A stretch of DNA of 64,000 bases from a bacterium (GTDB lineage Bacteria > Patescibacteriota > Patescibacteriia > UBA9934 > GWF2-40-263). The stretch lies in contig JAJYIV010000002.1 in assembly GCA_021789915.1 (NCBI GenBank), positions 613 through 64,612 on the forward strand, given 5' to 3'. Position 1 is the first letter of the stretch, and every line of letters begins with the position of its first letter. The position numbers were made by a program, and so were the translations under genes. Below the pieces are notes generated by a model. The model saw nothing but the letters and a program-made list of their open reading frames with translations, was not told the origin of the DNA and made no database searches. Positions 24,655 through 33,385 of this stretch are shown here, in pieces.

Positions 24655-24683
24655 AGTAAAACAGATATTTCCGTATTTGTCAA
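24655..24683 (-). promoter_or_regulatory. Sigma70-like promoter of the tRNA-like RNA
   Basis: On the minus strand: TTGACA-17 nt-TTTACT, about 105 nt upstream of the tRNA-like 5' end. Confidence 0.5.
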
Positions 24684-24823
24684 TCGTCGCGTGTGGACAA
24701 AATGGCGGGCGGAGGTTGACAAATGACTGGGAAGGGGCCATGTTTATGCGTCCCACGCTCGGCGTTCGGGACGAACAAGCCACCTTCCGGCCCTGCGGGG
24801 GCCTCACACAGAAGGAGAAAGCC

Positions 24824-25207
24824 GTGATCCACAGAATCGTGATTGGAACAGTCGTCGCCGTCGGTGTTCTCTACCTCGCAAAGCCCATCGTCGGGTACTT
24901 CCACGAACAGGACGTGAAGGTACGCGCCGAGACCGACGTCGTGTGCGCGCACGTGACCCCGGCCAACTGGGGCGGCGAGGACAGCGCAACCTGCCGTAAG
25001 CTCGTGGCCAAGTTCATCAACATCGACCTCAAGCCGAAGGCCTGCGTCTTCGGCGGACTCCCGGCCATTTGCGAGACGTCGAAGAGGGGCACCGATGTCG
25101 CCGTGTTCCTCAAACGAAAAGACGGGCCGCTCCAGTACAGCCTGCTGCCCATCATGACCAAGGAACAGCTGGCGAACTCGGCGCCGCACATCATCTACGT
25201 CCCCTGA
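24824..25207 (+). CDS. Small membrane-anchored or secreted protein (127 aa)
   Basis: GTG start 7 nt after AAGGAG. N-terminal TM segment IVIGTVVAVGVLYL. Four Cys residues. Confidence 0.6.
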   Translation: MIHRIVIGTVVAVGVLYLAKPIVGYFHEQDVKVRAETDVVCAHVTPANWGGEDSATCRKLVAKFINIDLKPKACVFGGLPAICETSKRGTDVAVFLKRKDGPLQYSLLPIMTKEQLANSAPHIIYVP

Positions 25208-25261
25208 CGCACGCGCGTCCGCGCGGTTCGTGAGCCCAACGCTCACGGCCGCCGCGGGCGC
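25181..25261 (+). repeat. 81-bp direct repeat, copy B
   Basis: 78/81 identical to 22626-22706. Confidence 0.9.
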
Positions 25262-25604
25262 TTCTTTATTTTGAATCGAGAGATCCCTTCGGCGCCATGC
25301 TCCGTCCGCCGTATCATTCAGTCCCGCGGCACCATTGCCCCGCGGACGGAACGGGCCCGGCACAAGCGAGCCGTTCAGAGCCGCATCGGCCCGGCTCGCG
25401 ATGACGGAGACCGTCCGGCCAAGCGGGGCCTGGTGCCAAGATCTTTCTTTCTCCGGTTTCTTGGGATCGGCCAAGAAACCGGACCGCCGGAGGCTTCCGG
25501 CTTAAGAGGGTCTCGTGATCCCTCGCCCCGCCTGCATGCAGGCGGGGTCGGGACGACACAAGAAGGATGGCGCGCGTCGCCGGAGGCCTCCGGCGAAAAA
25601 AGAT

Positions 25605-26861
25605 TTATTCATACCGCAGCGCCTCGACGGGATCCAGGCGCGCGGCGTTGCGCGCGGGCAGGACGCCGAACACGATGCCGATGGCGGCGGAGACGCCGAC
25701 GCCGAGCAGGATGGCGGAAGGCGGGACGGCGAAGGTCCATGCCAACTGGTTGGCGCGCGCCACGGCGGCCACGATCCACCCGAGCAGGGCGCCCCAGGCG
25801 ATGCCCAAAGAGCCGCCGAGCACGGTCAGCAGCACGGCTTCCAGCAGGAACTCGCGCAGGATGGCGCCGCGCGTGGCACCGACGGCCTTCTTGAGGCCGA
25901 TCTCCGCCGTCCGTTCCGTCACGACGACGTACATGATGTTCATGATGCCCACCCCGCCCACCAGCAGCGAGATGGCGGCGATCGCGATCAGCAGGGCCGT
26001 GATGCCACTGAAGATCACGTTGAACGTATCAAGCGCCTGCGTCTGCGTCTGCACCTCGAAATCGTCCTTCGCCGGATCCGTGATCCGGTGATTGCGCTCC
26101 AGCGTGCTCCGGATTTCCGCCGCCGTCGCGTCGCCGAGCGACGTGTCGCGCATCTGCACGATGCCGACCGAGAGATAGTCGATGCCGAGCATCTTCTTCT
26201 GCGCCGTGGCGAGCGGGATGTAGGCGGAGCTGTCCGCCGTTCCGCCGAACGCCAGCCCGCCCTGCGGGGCGTACACGCCGATCACCTGGAAATTCAGCGT
26301 GCCCAGACGCACCAGCCGGCCGACCGGCTCGTTCTGGCCGAAGAGATCCTTGGCCAGGTCGCTGCCGAGGATGATGACCTGCGCCGCGCCCGCATCCTCC
26401 GCGGGCGTGTAGAAACGCCCTTCCTGCAGCGTGTGCTGGTCGATGCGGAAGCGCTCGGCCCCGGCGCCGTAGTAGATGACGCTTTTCTGATGGTTGCCCT
26501 CGCTGGCCTCCGCCTGGCCCGTCACCATGCCGTAGGCGTCCACGACATTCGGCAAACGGCGGATATCGTCCAAATCGCGCGTCTTGAACGTGTTGATGAC
26601 GATGCCCGTCACGCCGCCGCCCACGCCGGCCGAGAACTTCTGCGCGCGGCTCTTCGTCGTCGGCGGCACGCGCGTGCTGACGAACAGCGTGTTGCTGCCC
26701 AGGGCGTTCACCTGCGACGTGACGAGGCTGCGGAAGCCCGCGCCCGCGGACAGCACCAAGATCACCGTCGAAATGCCGATGACGATGCCGAGGGTCGTCA
26801 AGACCGTCCGGACGGGATTGGACGCGAGGCCGCGGAGGGATTGGCGAAAGGCGGGGAACAT
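25605..26861 (-). CDS. ABC transporter permease (MacB/FtsX-like)
   Basis: 418 aa. N-terminal TM segment, a large extracytoplasmic domain and a C-terminal FtsX-type 3-TM bundle. Confidence 0.85.
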   Translation of the reverse strand: MFPAFRQSLRGLASNPVRTVLTTLGIVIGISTVILVLSAGAGFRSLVTSQVNALGSNTLFVSTRVPPTTKSRAQKFSAGVGGGVTGIVINTFKTRDLDDIRRLPNVVDAYGMVTGQAEASEGNHQKSVIYYGAGAERFRIDQHTLQEGRFYTPAEDAGAAQVIILGSDLAKDLFGQNEPVGRLVRLGTLNFQVIGVYAPQGGLAFGGTADSSAYIPLATAQKKMLGIDYLSVGIVQMRDTSLGDATAAEIRSTLERNHRITDPAKDDFEVQTQTQALDTFNVIFSGITALLIAIAAISLLVGGVGIMNIMYVVVTERTAEIGLKKAVGATRGAILREFLLEAVLLTVLGGSLGIAWGALLGWIVAAVARANQLAWTFAVPPSAILLGVGVSAAIGIVFGVLPARNAARLDPVEALRYE

Positions 26862-26865
26862 AGAT

Positions 26866-26896
26866 GGCTGTAGGCTTTTAGCTTTTAGCTGTTAGC
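26866..26896. repeat. Heptamer array, left arm of an imperfect inverted pair
   Basis: GGCTGTAGGCTTTTAGCTTTTAGCTGTTAGC. Confidence 0.85.
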
Positions 26897-26913
26897 CGAA
26901 ATAGTTCCCATCC

Positions 26914-26945
26914 GGCCAGTAGCCAATGGCTAATGGCCAAAAGCC
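26914..26945. repeat. Heptamer array, right arm of an imperfect inverted pair
   Basis: GGCCAGTAGCCAATGGCTAATGGCCAAAAGCC. Confidence 0.85.
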
Positions 26946-26949
26946 TCGA

Positions 26950-28212
26950 TCATTCATATCTCAGCGCCTCGATCGGATCCAGCCGCGCGGCCTTGAGCGC
27001 CGGATACAATCCGAAGCCGACGCCGGTCAGGACGGAGATGACCAGCGCCAGGACGACGGAAAACGGCGAGACGACATACGCCCACTCATAGCCCAGCGCG
27101 TGCATGACGAGAGCGGCTGCGAGCGCGATCGCGGCCCCGAGCGCGACGCCGACGAGCCCGCCTGCGCCCGTGAGCGCCGCGGCCTCCAGCAGGAATTGCC
27201 GTGCGATGGCGCCGTTGGTGGCGCCGACGGCCTTGCGCAGCCCGATCTCGCGCGTGCGCTCGGCCACCGTCACCAGCATGATGTTCAGGATGCCGACGCC
27301 GCCGACCACCAGCGAGATGGCCGCCATCGCGGCAAGGAACAGGCTGAGAGCCGACGTGATGGATGACAGGATGTTCATGATGTCGGCCTGGCTGCGCACC
27401 GTGAAATCCTCCTGGTCCTGCGTCCGCACGTGATGGCGTTCGTCCATCACCCGCGTGACGTCCGCGATGGCCTGCGGCACGTGCGCGGCGGCGTCGACCT
27501 TCAGGTCGATGAGCTGCAGATGGCGGATGCCGAGCAGCTGCTGCTGGCCGATCGGCAGCGGGAGGAAGACCTGGTCGTCCATGTTCACCACGGCGATGTT
27601 GCCGCGCGGATTGATCACGCCGACGACGCGCAGCGGCACGCCGCCGGCTTGCGCCTGCGCCGCGTTGCGCACCTTGATGACCTGCCCCACCGGATCCACG
27701 CCGCGGCTGCCGAACAATTCGTCGGCCACGGTGGAGCCGAGCACGGCGACGTTGGCGCCTGCGTCCGCCTGGGCGACGCTGAAATACGTCCCTTCGCGCA
27801 TGGTGAACGTCAGCACGTCCGGATGATAGCCGTCCGTGCCGAAAAAGTTGGTGTCGATGCTCTGATTGCCCCACGTCACCGTGGCCGTCCCGAGCACCAT
27901 CGCATCCGCCGCCTTGATGTGAGGCACGCGGCGCAAGGCGTCCGCGTCCGCGTTCGTCAGCGTCGTGACGACGATGCCGAAGAGCTGGACGGGCGGGCCC
28001 TTCTCGTTGCTCTTGCCCGGCTGCACGCTGAGCAAGTCGCTCCCAAGCTTGGTCACCTGCCCCAGGATGAGAGACTGCGCGCCGGCGCCCAATGCCAAAA
28101 TCACGATGACGCCGGAGACGCCGATCACGATGCCGAGCATGGTCAGCAAGGACCGCCCCTTGCGCGCCAACAGGGTGCGGGAGACGAGGCCGAACGTGTC
28201 GCGGACGTTCAT
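26950..28212 (-). CDS. ABC transporter permease (MacB/FtsX-like), second copy
   Basis: 420 aa with the same architecture as 25605..26861. Confidence 0.85.
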   Translation of the reverse strand: MNVRDTFGLVSRTLLARKGRSLLTMLGIVIGVSGVIVILALGAGAQSLILGQVTKLGSDLLSVQPGKSNEKGPPVQLFGIVVTTLTNADADALRRVPHIKAADAMVLGTATVTWGNQSIDTNFFGTDGYHPDVLTFTMREGTYFSVAQADAGANVAVLGSTVADELFGSRGVDPVGQVIKVRNAAQAQAGGVPLRVVGVINPRGNIAVVNMDDQVFLPLPIGQQQLLGIRHLQLIDLKVDAAAHVPQAIADVTRVMDERHHVRTQDQEDFTVRSQADIMNILSSITSALSLFLAAMAAISLVVGGVGILNIMLVTVAERTREIGLRKAVGATNGAIARQFLLEAAALTGAGGLVGVALGAAIALAAALVMHALGYEWAYVVSPFSVVLALVISVLTGVGFGLYPALKAARLDPIEALRYE

Positions 28213-28225
28213 AGACAGGAGTCAA

Positions 28226-28939
28226 CTATTTTCCCAACTCCCCTCGGTCCCCTGCCCGCGTGCGCTTTTTCACGACGACGTCCGAAACGACGAGGCCGTC
28301 CTTGAGGCGGATGATGCGCTTGGCGTGGTTGGCGGTGTCCGTCTCGTGCGTCACCAGGATGATCGTGCGTCCCTGGTCGTTCAGCGTCTGCAGGATGTCC
28401 ATCACGACGTTGCCGGATTTGGAGTCCAGATTGCCCGTCGGCTCGTCGGCGAAGATCACGGCCGGATCGCCCACGAGCGCGCGGGCGATCGCCACGCGCT
28501 GCTTCTCGCCGCCGGAGAGCTGGTTGGAGAGATGGCCCAGCCGATGCGTCAGCCCGACCGCCTCCAGCGCCCGGCGCGCCAGCGCGTCTTGGTTCCTCTT
28601 CGTCCCGTACAGCAGCGGCAGGCGCACGTTGTCGAGCACGGTCGTGCGCGGCAGCAGGTTGAACGCCTGGAACACGAAACCGACCCGCTCGTTGCGCAAG
28701 CGGGCCAGCTCGGCGTCCGTGAACGTGCGCGTGTCGCGGCCTTCGAAGAAATACGCGCCCGCCGTCGGGCGGTCCAGGAACCCGAGGATGTGCATCAGCG
28801 TGGATTTTCCAGAACCGGACGGTCCCATGACGGCGAGAAATTCGCCCGGCTCCACGGTGAAGCTGACGCCGTGGAGCACGGGCGTCACGACGTCCCCGTT
28901 GACGTAGTCCTTGCGCAGGTTTTCGACGCGGATGAGCAT
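28226..28939 (-). CDS. ABC transporter ATP-binding protein (MacB/LolD type)
   Basis: Walker A GPSGSGKST, LSGGEKQR signature, Walker B IIFADEPTGNLD. Confidence 0.93.
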   Translation of the reverse strand: MLIRVENLRKDYVNGDVVTPVLHGVSFTVEPGEFLAVMGPSGSGKSTLMHILGFLDRPTAGAYFFEGRDTRTFTDAELARLRNERVGFVFQAFNLLPRTTVLDNVRLPLLYGTKRNQDALARRALEAVGLTHRLGHLSNQLSGGEKQRVAIARALVGDPAVIFADEPTGNLDSKSGNVVMDILQTLNDQGRTIILVTHETDTANHAKRIIRLKDGLVVSDVVVKKRTRAGDRGELGK

Positions 28940-28947
28940 GGGGGGAG

Positions 28948-30501
28948 TCAGTCAATCGCCACCACGACCGTCTGCCCTTCCGACAGGCCGCGGACAATCT
29001 CGTCCAGACCGTCGTCGGCCATCAAGCCGACCGTCACCGGCACCTCGTGGTAGGCGCCGCGCGCGGCATCGTCCACGACGCGCACGACCTGGGAGCCGTT
29101 GCGGTCGATCACCGCCGCCGACGGCACGGCCAGAACCTGCGAACGCTCGGCCGTGAGCACCGTCAGGTTGGCGGTCATGCCCGGCTTGATGTCCGGCGCA
29201 CCCTCGATGGACGCCTTCACCTTGTAGTCCACCACGCCCGCGATCACGGTCGAAGCGGGATTGATGGACGTGACGACGCCGGAGAAGTGCCGGTCCGGGC
29301 CGAGCGCGTCGAACGTGTCGTCGACGCTCTGGCCGACCGCAAGCGACGCGATGTCGGCCTCGCTGACCTGCGCTTCGGCGTACAGGTCGCCCACGTCCTG
29401 CAGCACCATCGCCTCCTGCAGCGCCGTCGCCTGCTCGCCCGCCTTCACGCTGACCGACGTGATCGTGCCGTCCGCCGGCGAGGCCAGCACCGTGTTGTCG
29501 AGCGCGGATTGCGCCGTCTCCACCTGGCCCTGGGCCGACAGCACGGCGGCGGCGGCCGCGGCGAGATCCGCCTGCGTCGGCGCCGCCTGCGCCTGCGCGA
29601 GCGACGCCTGCGCCTGCGCGCGCGACGCCTGGGCGGCGTTCACGCTCGCCTGCGCCGCGGCGACCTGCGTGTCGCGCGTCTTCTGCGCCGCGTCATACGC
29701 GTTCCTGTTCGTCACGTACGAGGCGTCCGTCGTGTTCGGCACGGCGATGGTCCAGGTATCGTTCGAGGAAGGCGACGACGTGCTGAATTTGATGAACAGC
29801 CCGTGCGTGCCGAGCGCCACCGGCTGCGTGCTGACGAATCCGTTGGCCGTCTCGAGGCCGGTCGCGTTGAATTGGATGCCGTTGCCGGTCTGGTACAGGA
29901 CGACGTCGTACGTCCCCTGCGCGGTACCGGCGTACGTGCCGCTCACGGTGATGGCCGCGCCGTCCGCATTGGCCGTGCCCGGCACGGCGGTGAACGTCGT
30001 GTTCATCAGCGCGGCTTGCGCGTTGGCGACGGCCGTGTCCTGCTGCGCCTGGACGGCCGCCAGATTGTCCTGCGCGTTTTGCAGCGTCACGTTGGCCGCA
30101 TCGACGGCTTTCTGCGCCACGGCGATCTGCTCGCTCGTACTGCCTTGCCGCACCTTCTCTTCGTTCGCCTGGGCCTGGGCGAGCGCGCCTTGCGCCGTGG
30201 TCAGCGCCGCGTGCGCGGACGCCTGGTCGATCACGGCGAGCGTCTGTCCCTTTTTCACGCGGTCGCCTTCGGCCACGTCGACCTCCCGCACCAGGCCGCT
30301 CGTCTGAAACGCCAGCGACAAATCAACCGTGCTCGTCACCTGTCCGGTGGCGAGAACCGTCGCGCGCAAATCCTGCCGCGTCACGGCGGCCGTCTGCAGC
30401 TTCGGCGCCTTTCCGCGGCGCGCCCAAGCGGCGATGCCGCCGCCGGCGACAAGGACGACGAGCATCCAAAACCACCAACGCTTGAGGAAGGAGAACTTCA
30501 T
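28948..30501 (-). CDS. HlyD/MacA-family periplasmic adaptor with a long Ala/Gln coiled coil and an inserted beta-rich segment
   Basis: N-terminal TM segment, biotinyl-lipoyl-like VREVDVAEGDRVKKGQTLAVID, and C-terminal barrel motifs. The start could be at 30516. Confidence 0.75.
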   Translation of the reverse strand: MKFSFLKRWWFWMLVVLVAGGGIAAWARRGKAPKLQTAAVTRQDLRATVLATGQVTSTVDLSLAFQTSGLVREVDVAEGDRVKKGQTLAVIDQASAHAALTTAQGALAQAQANEEKVRQGSTSEQIAVAQKAVDAANVTLQNAQDNLAAVQAQQDTAVANAQAALMNTTFTAVPGTANADGAAITVSGTYAGTAQGTYDVVLYQTGNGIQFNATGLETANGFVSTQPVALGTHGLFIKFSTSSPSSNDTWTIAVPNTTDASYVTNRNAYDAAQKTRDTQVAAAQASVNAAQASRAQAQASLAQAQAAPTQADLAAAAAAVLSAQGQVETAQSALDNTVLASPADGTITSVSVKAGEQATALQEAMVLQDVGDLYAEAQVSEADIASLAVGQSVDDTFDALGPDRHFSGVVTSINPASTVIAGVVDYKVKASIEGAPDIKPGMTANLTVLTAERSQVLAVPSAAVIDRNGSQVVRVVDDAARGAYHEVPVTVGLMADDGLDEIVRGLSEGQTVVVAID

Positions 30502-30596
30502 AATGAATGCGCCCATTCTAGGCCGGCGGGCGGCCAAAAACAAGACGCCGGATCGCTCCGGCGCCTTGGGAATCCGTTCTTCTTCGTCCTGCGCGC

Positions 30597-33353
30597 TCAC
30601 GGCCTGACATTGCGGCTTTCCAACGCCTGCGAAAGCGTACGGATGTTCCGTTCGTTCATGTCCACCAGGTTTTGCCAGTCGGCCTTCAGGGTGAATGGAG
30701 CGGATGCCAGGGATCGTTGCGCTTGAGCCAATTGCTGATGGGCCGTCTCCAATGCCTGTTGGAGATGCGGCACCGTCCATGCGGAGATGTCTTCGCCGGT
30801 GCGCTGAGTGATGTCGGTAACCCCCATGGCCTGTTCCGCACCGCTTGACGTCTGCGTCTCGACGACCTTGTCGCCTGACACGCGTGACACAGCCGTTGGG
30901 CGTTCGAAGAATGAAGAGCTGGCGGCATGTCCAGCTGCTGTGTGCGCGGCCGCGGTTTCGGCGACAGGATGCGCGGCGGCAACCGTCTCCGCGGCGGTCT
31001 GCGCGCGCGCCGCGACCGCGGCGGCCGCCTGTTCGTGGAACGGCGCGACGGCGGGAATGCGCGCCAGCCTGTCCTGCCATCCTTGCGGAAGCAGACGGCC
31101 GAACGGCCCATGTTGCAGCGCGAGGACTTGCTGCGTCAAGGCATCGACCAACGGTTCCCTTTGACCAGGCGCGGCGGCAGTGGCCTGCTCCAGCGTTTCG
31201 CGGACCTCCATGAGCTGTTTTCCGAAGGCGGCCTGATCCGCGGCGGACAGATGCTCGAACGCGTTCTTCCCCAGCATCGCCTCGCCCGCGGCATGCTCGT
31301 GCGCGGCGACCTGCGCCAGCACTTCCGCGTGGTGCTGCGCGAGCTGCGCGGCTTCCGCAGCCTGGTCAATGGCCGCGTGCGGCACGGGCGCCGCCGTCTC
31401 TACGGCTGCATGCGTGGCCGTTGCTGTTTTCGCCGCCGTCTCCACGGCTGCCTGCGCGTGCGTTCCGACGGCCGCCGCCGCTTCGGCCGCGTGGCCTTGG
31501 AGTTCCGCCAGGGTCTTCCCCGGCGCCAGGAATCCTTCCTTGACCGCTTCGGCGACGCTCATGCGGACGCCCTTGGCCGATTCCAGCACCAGCTTGCCGC
31601 CGACTTCGCCGACTTGGAAATTGCCGATCGCCTTGCTCGTGAGAAACAGGTCCGGCACGCCGCCTTTGCCCCACGCGCCGGCCGCTTCGACGACGTCGTG
31701 CGCGTGCTGCGCCGCGTCGATGTCCGTCGGATGCAGGCGCTCGATGATGCCGCTCAAGCTGTCGCCCTTGTGCACCATGACGAAGCCCTGGGCGCCCGCC
31801 TCGACATGCGCGCCCGCCGCGGCCGCGCCGGCCTCCGCGGCATGATGCGCCGGCGCACCGGCCGCCGCACCCGCCTCGCGGGTGTGACCCAGCAGACGAT
31901 GAAGCGTGTCGCCCAAAACGCCGCCGCCGACGAAGAGGCCCATCATGGTGCCGAAGAGCTTGGCGCGGCGTTCGTTGACGTTGTTCTTTTCACGCAAATC
32001 CGCCATCTGCCCGTCGGTTCTGTTCATCGCCTCGGTCATCTGTCTTTCGGTGCCCTGGAATGTTTTTTCCGCGAGCGCTTGTTCGAGTTTCCTGTACTGG
32101 GCGCGGAAATGTTCCTGGGTTGCATCGACTTTGCCTTCAAGGCCTTCTTTTGGTTCCCCAAGACTTACACCGTCGAAAACCGCGCGCTCGTTCATCCGCG
32201 TGAGCCGCGTCATGATGTCCTCGGCGCTCATCTTTGAGATATCCGCATCGGTAAACTTCTCGGCGTCGCGATTTTCGCCCGCTCTGCGGACGGCGTCCAT
32301 GCTGCCGTAGCCCATGCCGAGCCCGGAAGCGGCGCGGTTCATGGCCATGATGCCTCCCGTTACCGCAAGTCCGGCGCCGCTCACGGCAGCAGCGCCCATG
32401 AGTCCGTAGGTAATTGCCGTGCGCGCGTTCAAGGCCTTCTCACTGATTTTCGTGATGCCGTATCGAAGCGCTTGCGCGTACATGAGCGGATTGAACCAGC
32501 TCTTTTCCCTGATATCCGCCCGCACGTTCCGCATGCTCTCCTCGTACAGTTCCTTCTGTCTCTTTCCAAACAAATTCGAAATATTGAACGCACCGAGCTT
32601 GCGATAGCCCTCGTAGAATTTGCGGCCGAATCCTTTGTCCTTGCTCAATTTCCCGGCACGGACATCCGCGAGTTCGCGCAGTTCTTCGGTAAACTTTTTG
32701 GCATCGGCGCCAATCGCTTCCGAGCGCATGCCGAGATATTCCTGGCGCGCCGCCTCGAGCTCCGCTTGCGCCTGAACGTATCCCTTTTTCGTCTCTGAGA
32801 AAATGCCTCGGCGCACGCCGCCGGTTACGCCGCCGTATGTCTTTTCCATCTGGGCAAGCAACGTCGCATAGCGGTCGCGAGCGTTGGAAAGACTTTCACG
32901 CGACGGCTTGGGGGGTTCTCCCTCAATGACGTCCACATATCCAGGCGGATGCGGATCGCGCCCACCTCCAGGGGTCGTCTCTCCACCTCCGCCTTGCGGC
33001 TCGACAATGGTTGGCGGCTCTGTCTCTCCGCCTCCGCCTGGCGGCGTAGGTTCATCTTGTTTCAACGCCGACTTTTCCCGCGCCGTGGCAATCTCATCAT
33101 CGATTTTGGCAAGCGCAATTTCATAGCTCAGCACGTCCTTGAACAGTTCCGTGTGTCCGTAGATCTCCTGTCGCCGCTTGTTCAATGCATCCATTTTCGC
33201 CTTGATGGCGTCTGTCGAATCCTTCGGCCTTTCCGCTTCGTCCGCCTTAAGATCCGGCGCTTCCACGCCGTTCAACTCCCGCGGATCCCCGAATTTCCTT
33301 CCGGGCTCCAAATCCGGGGCCATCCCCATGTTCGGTCCCTCGTACCCTGCCAT
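30597..33353 (-). CDS. Large hypothetical protein (918 aa): coiled coil, two hydrophobic segments, a LysM-like motif and a His/Ala-rich C-terminal half
   Basis: Long ORF with coding-like composition. GGGGET repeats. VMVHKGDSLSGIIERL resembles LysM. Confidence 0.6.
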   Translation of the reverse strand: MAGYEGPNMGMAPDLEPGRKFGDPRELNGVEAPDLKADEAERPKDSTDAIKAKMDALNKRRQEIYGHTELFKDVLSYEIALAKIDDEIATAREKSALKQDEPTPPGGGGETEPPTIVEPQGGGGETTPGGGRDPHPPGYVDVIEGEPPKPSRESLSNARDRYATLLAQMEKTYGGVTGGVRRGIFSETKKGYVQAQAELEAARQEYLGMRSEAIGADAKKFTEELRELADVRAGKLSKDKGFGRKFYEGYRKLGAFNISNLFGKRQKELYEESMRNVRADIREKSWFNPLMYAQALRYGITKISEKALNARTAITYGLMGAAAVSGAGLAVTGGIMAMNRAASGLGMGYGSMDAVRRAGENRDAEKFTDADISKMSAEDIMTRLTRMNERAVFDGVSLGEPKEGLEGKVDATQEHFRAQYRKLEQALAEKTFQGTERQMTEAMNRTDGQMADLREKNNVNERRAKLFGTMMGLFVGGGVLGDTLHRLLGHTREAGAAAGAPAHHAAEAGAAAAGAHVEAGAQGFVMVHKGDSLSGIIERLHPTDIDAAQHAHDVVEAAGAWGKGGVPDLFLTSKAIGNFQVGEVGGKLVLESAKGVRMSVAEAVKEGFLAPGKTLAELQGHAAEAAAAVGTHAQAAVETAAKTATATHAAVETAAPVPHAAIDQAAEAAQLAQHHAEVLAQVAAHEHAAGEAMLGKNAFEHLSAADQAAFGKQLMEVRETLEQATAAAPGQREPLVDALTQQVLALQHGPFGRLLPQGWQDRLARIPAVAPFHEQAAAAVAARAQTAAETVAAAHPVAETAAAHTAAGHAASSSFFERPTAVSRVSGDKVVETQTSSGAEQAMGVTDITQRTGEDISAWTVPHLQQALETAHQQLAQAQRSLASAPFTLKADWQNLVDMNERNIRTLSQALESRNVRP

Positions 33354-33385
33354 AGGACAAGAACATTAAAAAGTAAGGTCTGCTC

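Noticed and set aside
24470-24660. tmRNA (ssrA) hypothesis for the tRNA-like RNA
   Set aside because: G3:U70, the T-arm and the absence of an anticodon stem suggested tmRNA. However, the only matching 5' acceptor strands are 76 and 122 nt upstream. There is no pseudoknot region and no plausible tag ORF ending in hydrophobic residues. The promoter also limits the RNA to about 190 nt.
25265-25604. Possible RNase P, SRP or other housekeeping RNA in the hairpin-rich 340-bp convergent gap
   Set aside because: Several hairpins are present (for example CCGGTTTCTTGG..CCAAGAAACCGG and CCCCGCCTGCATGCAGGCGGGG). None of the conserved RNase P (GAGGAAAGTCC) or SRP (GGAA/AGCA loop) motifs is present.
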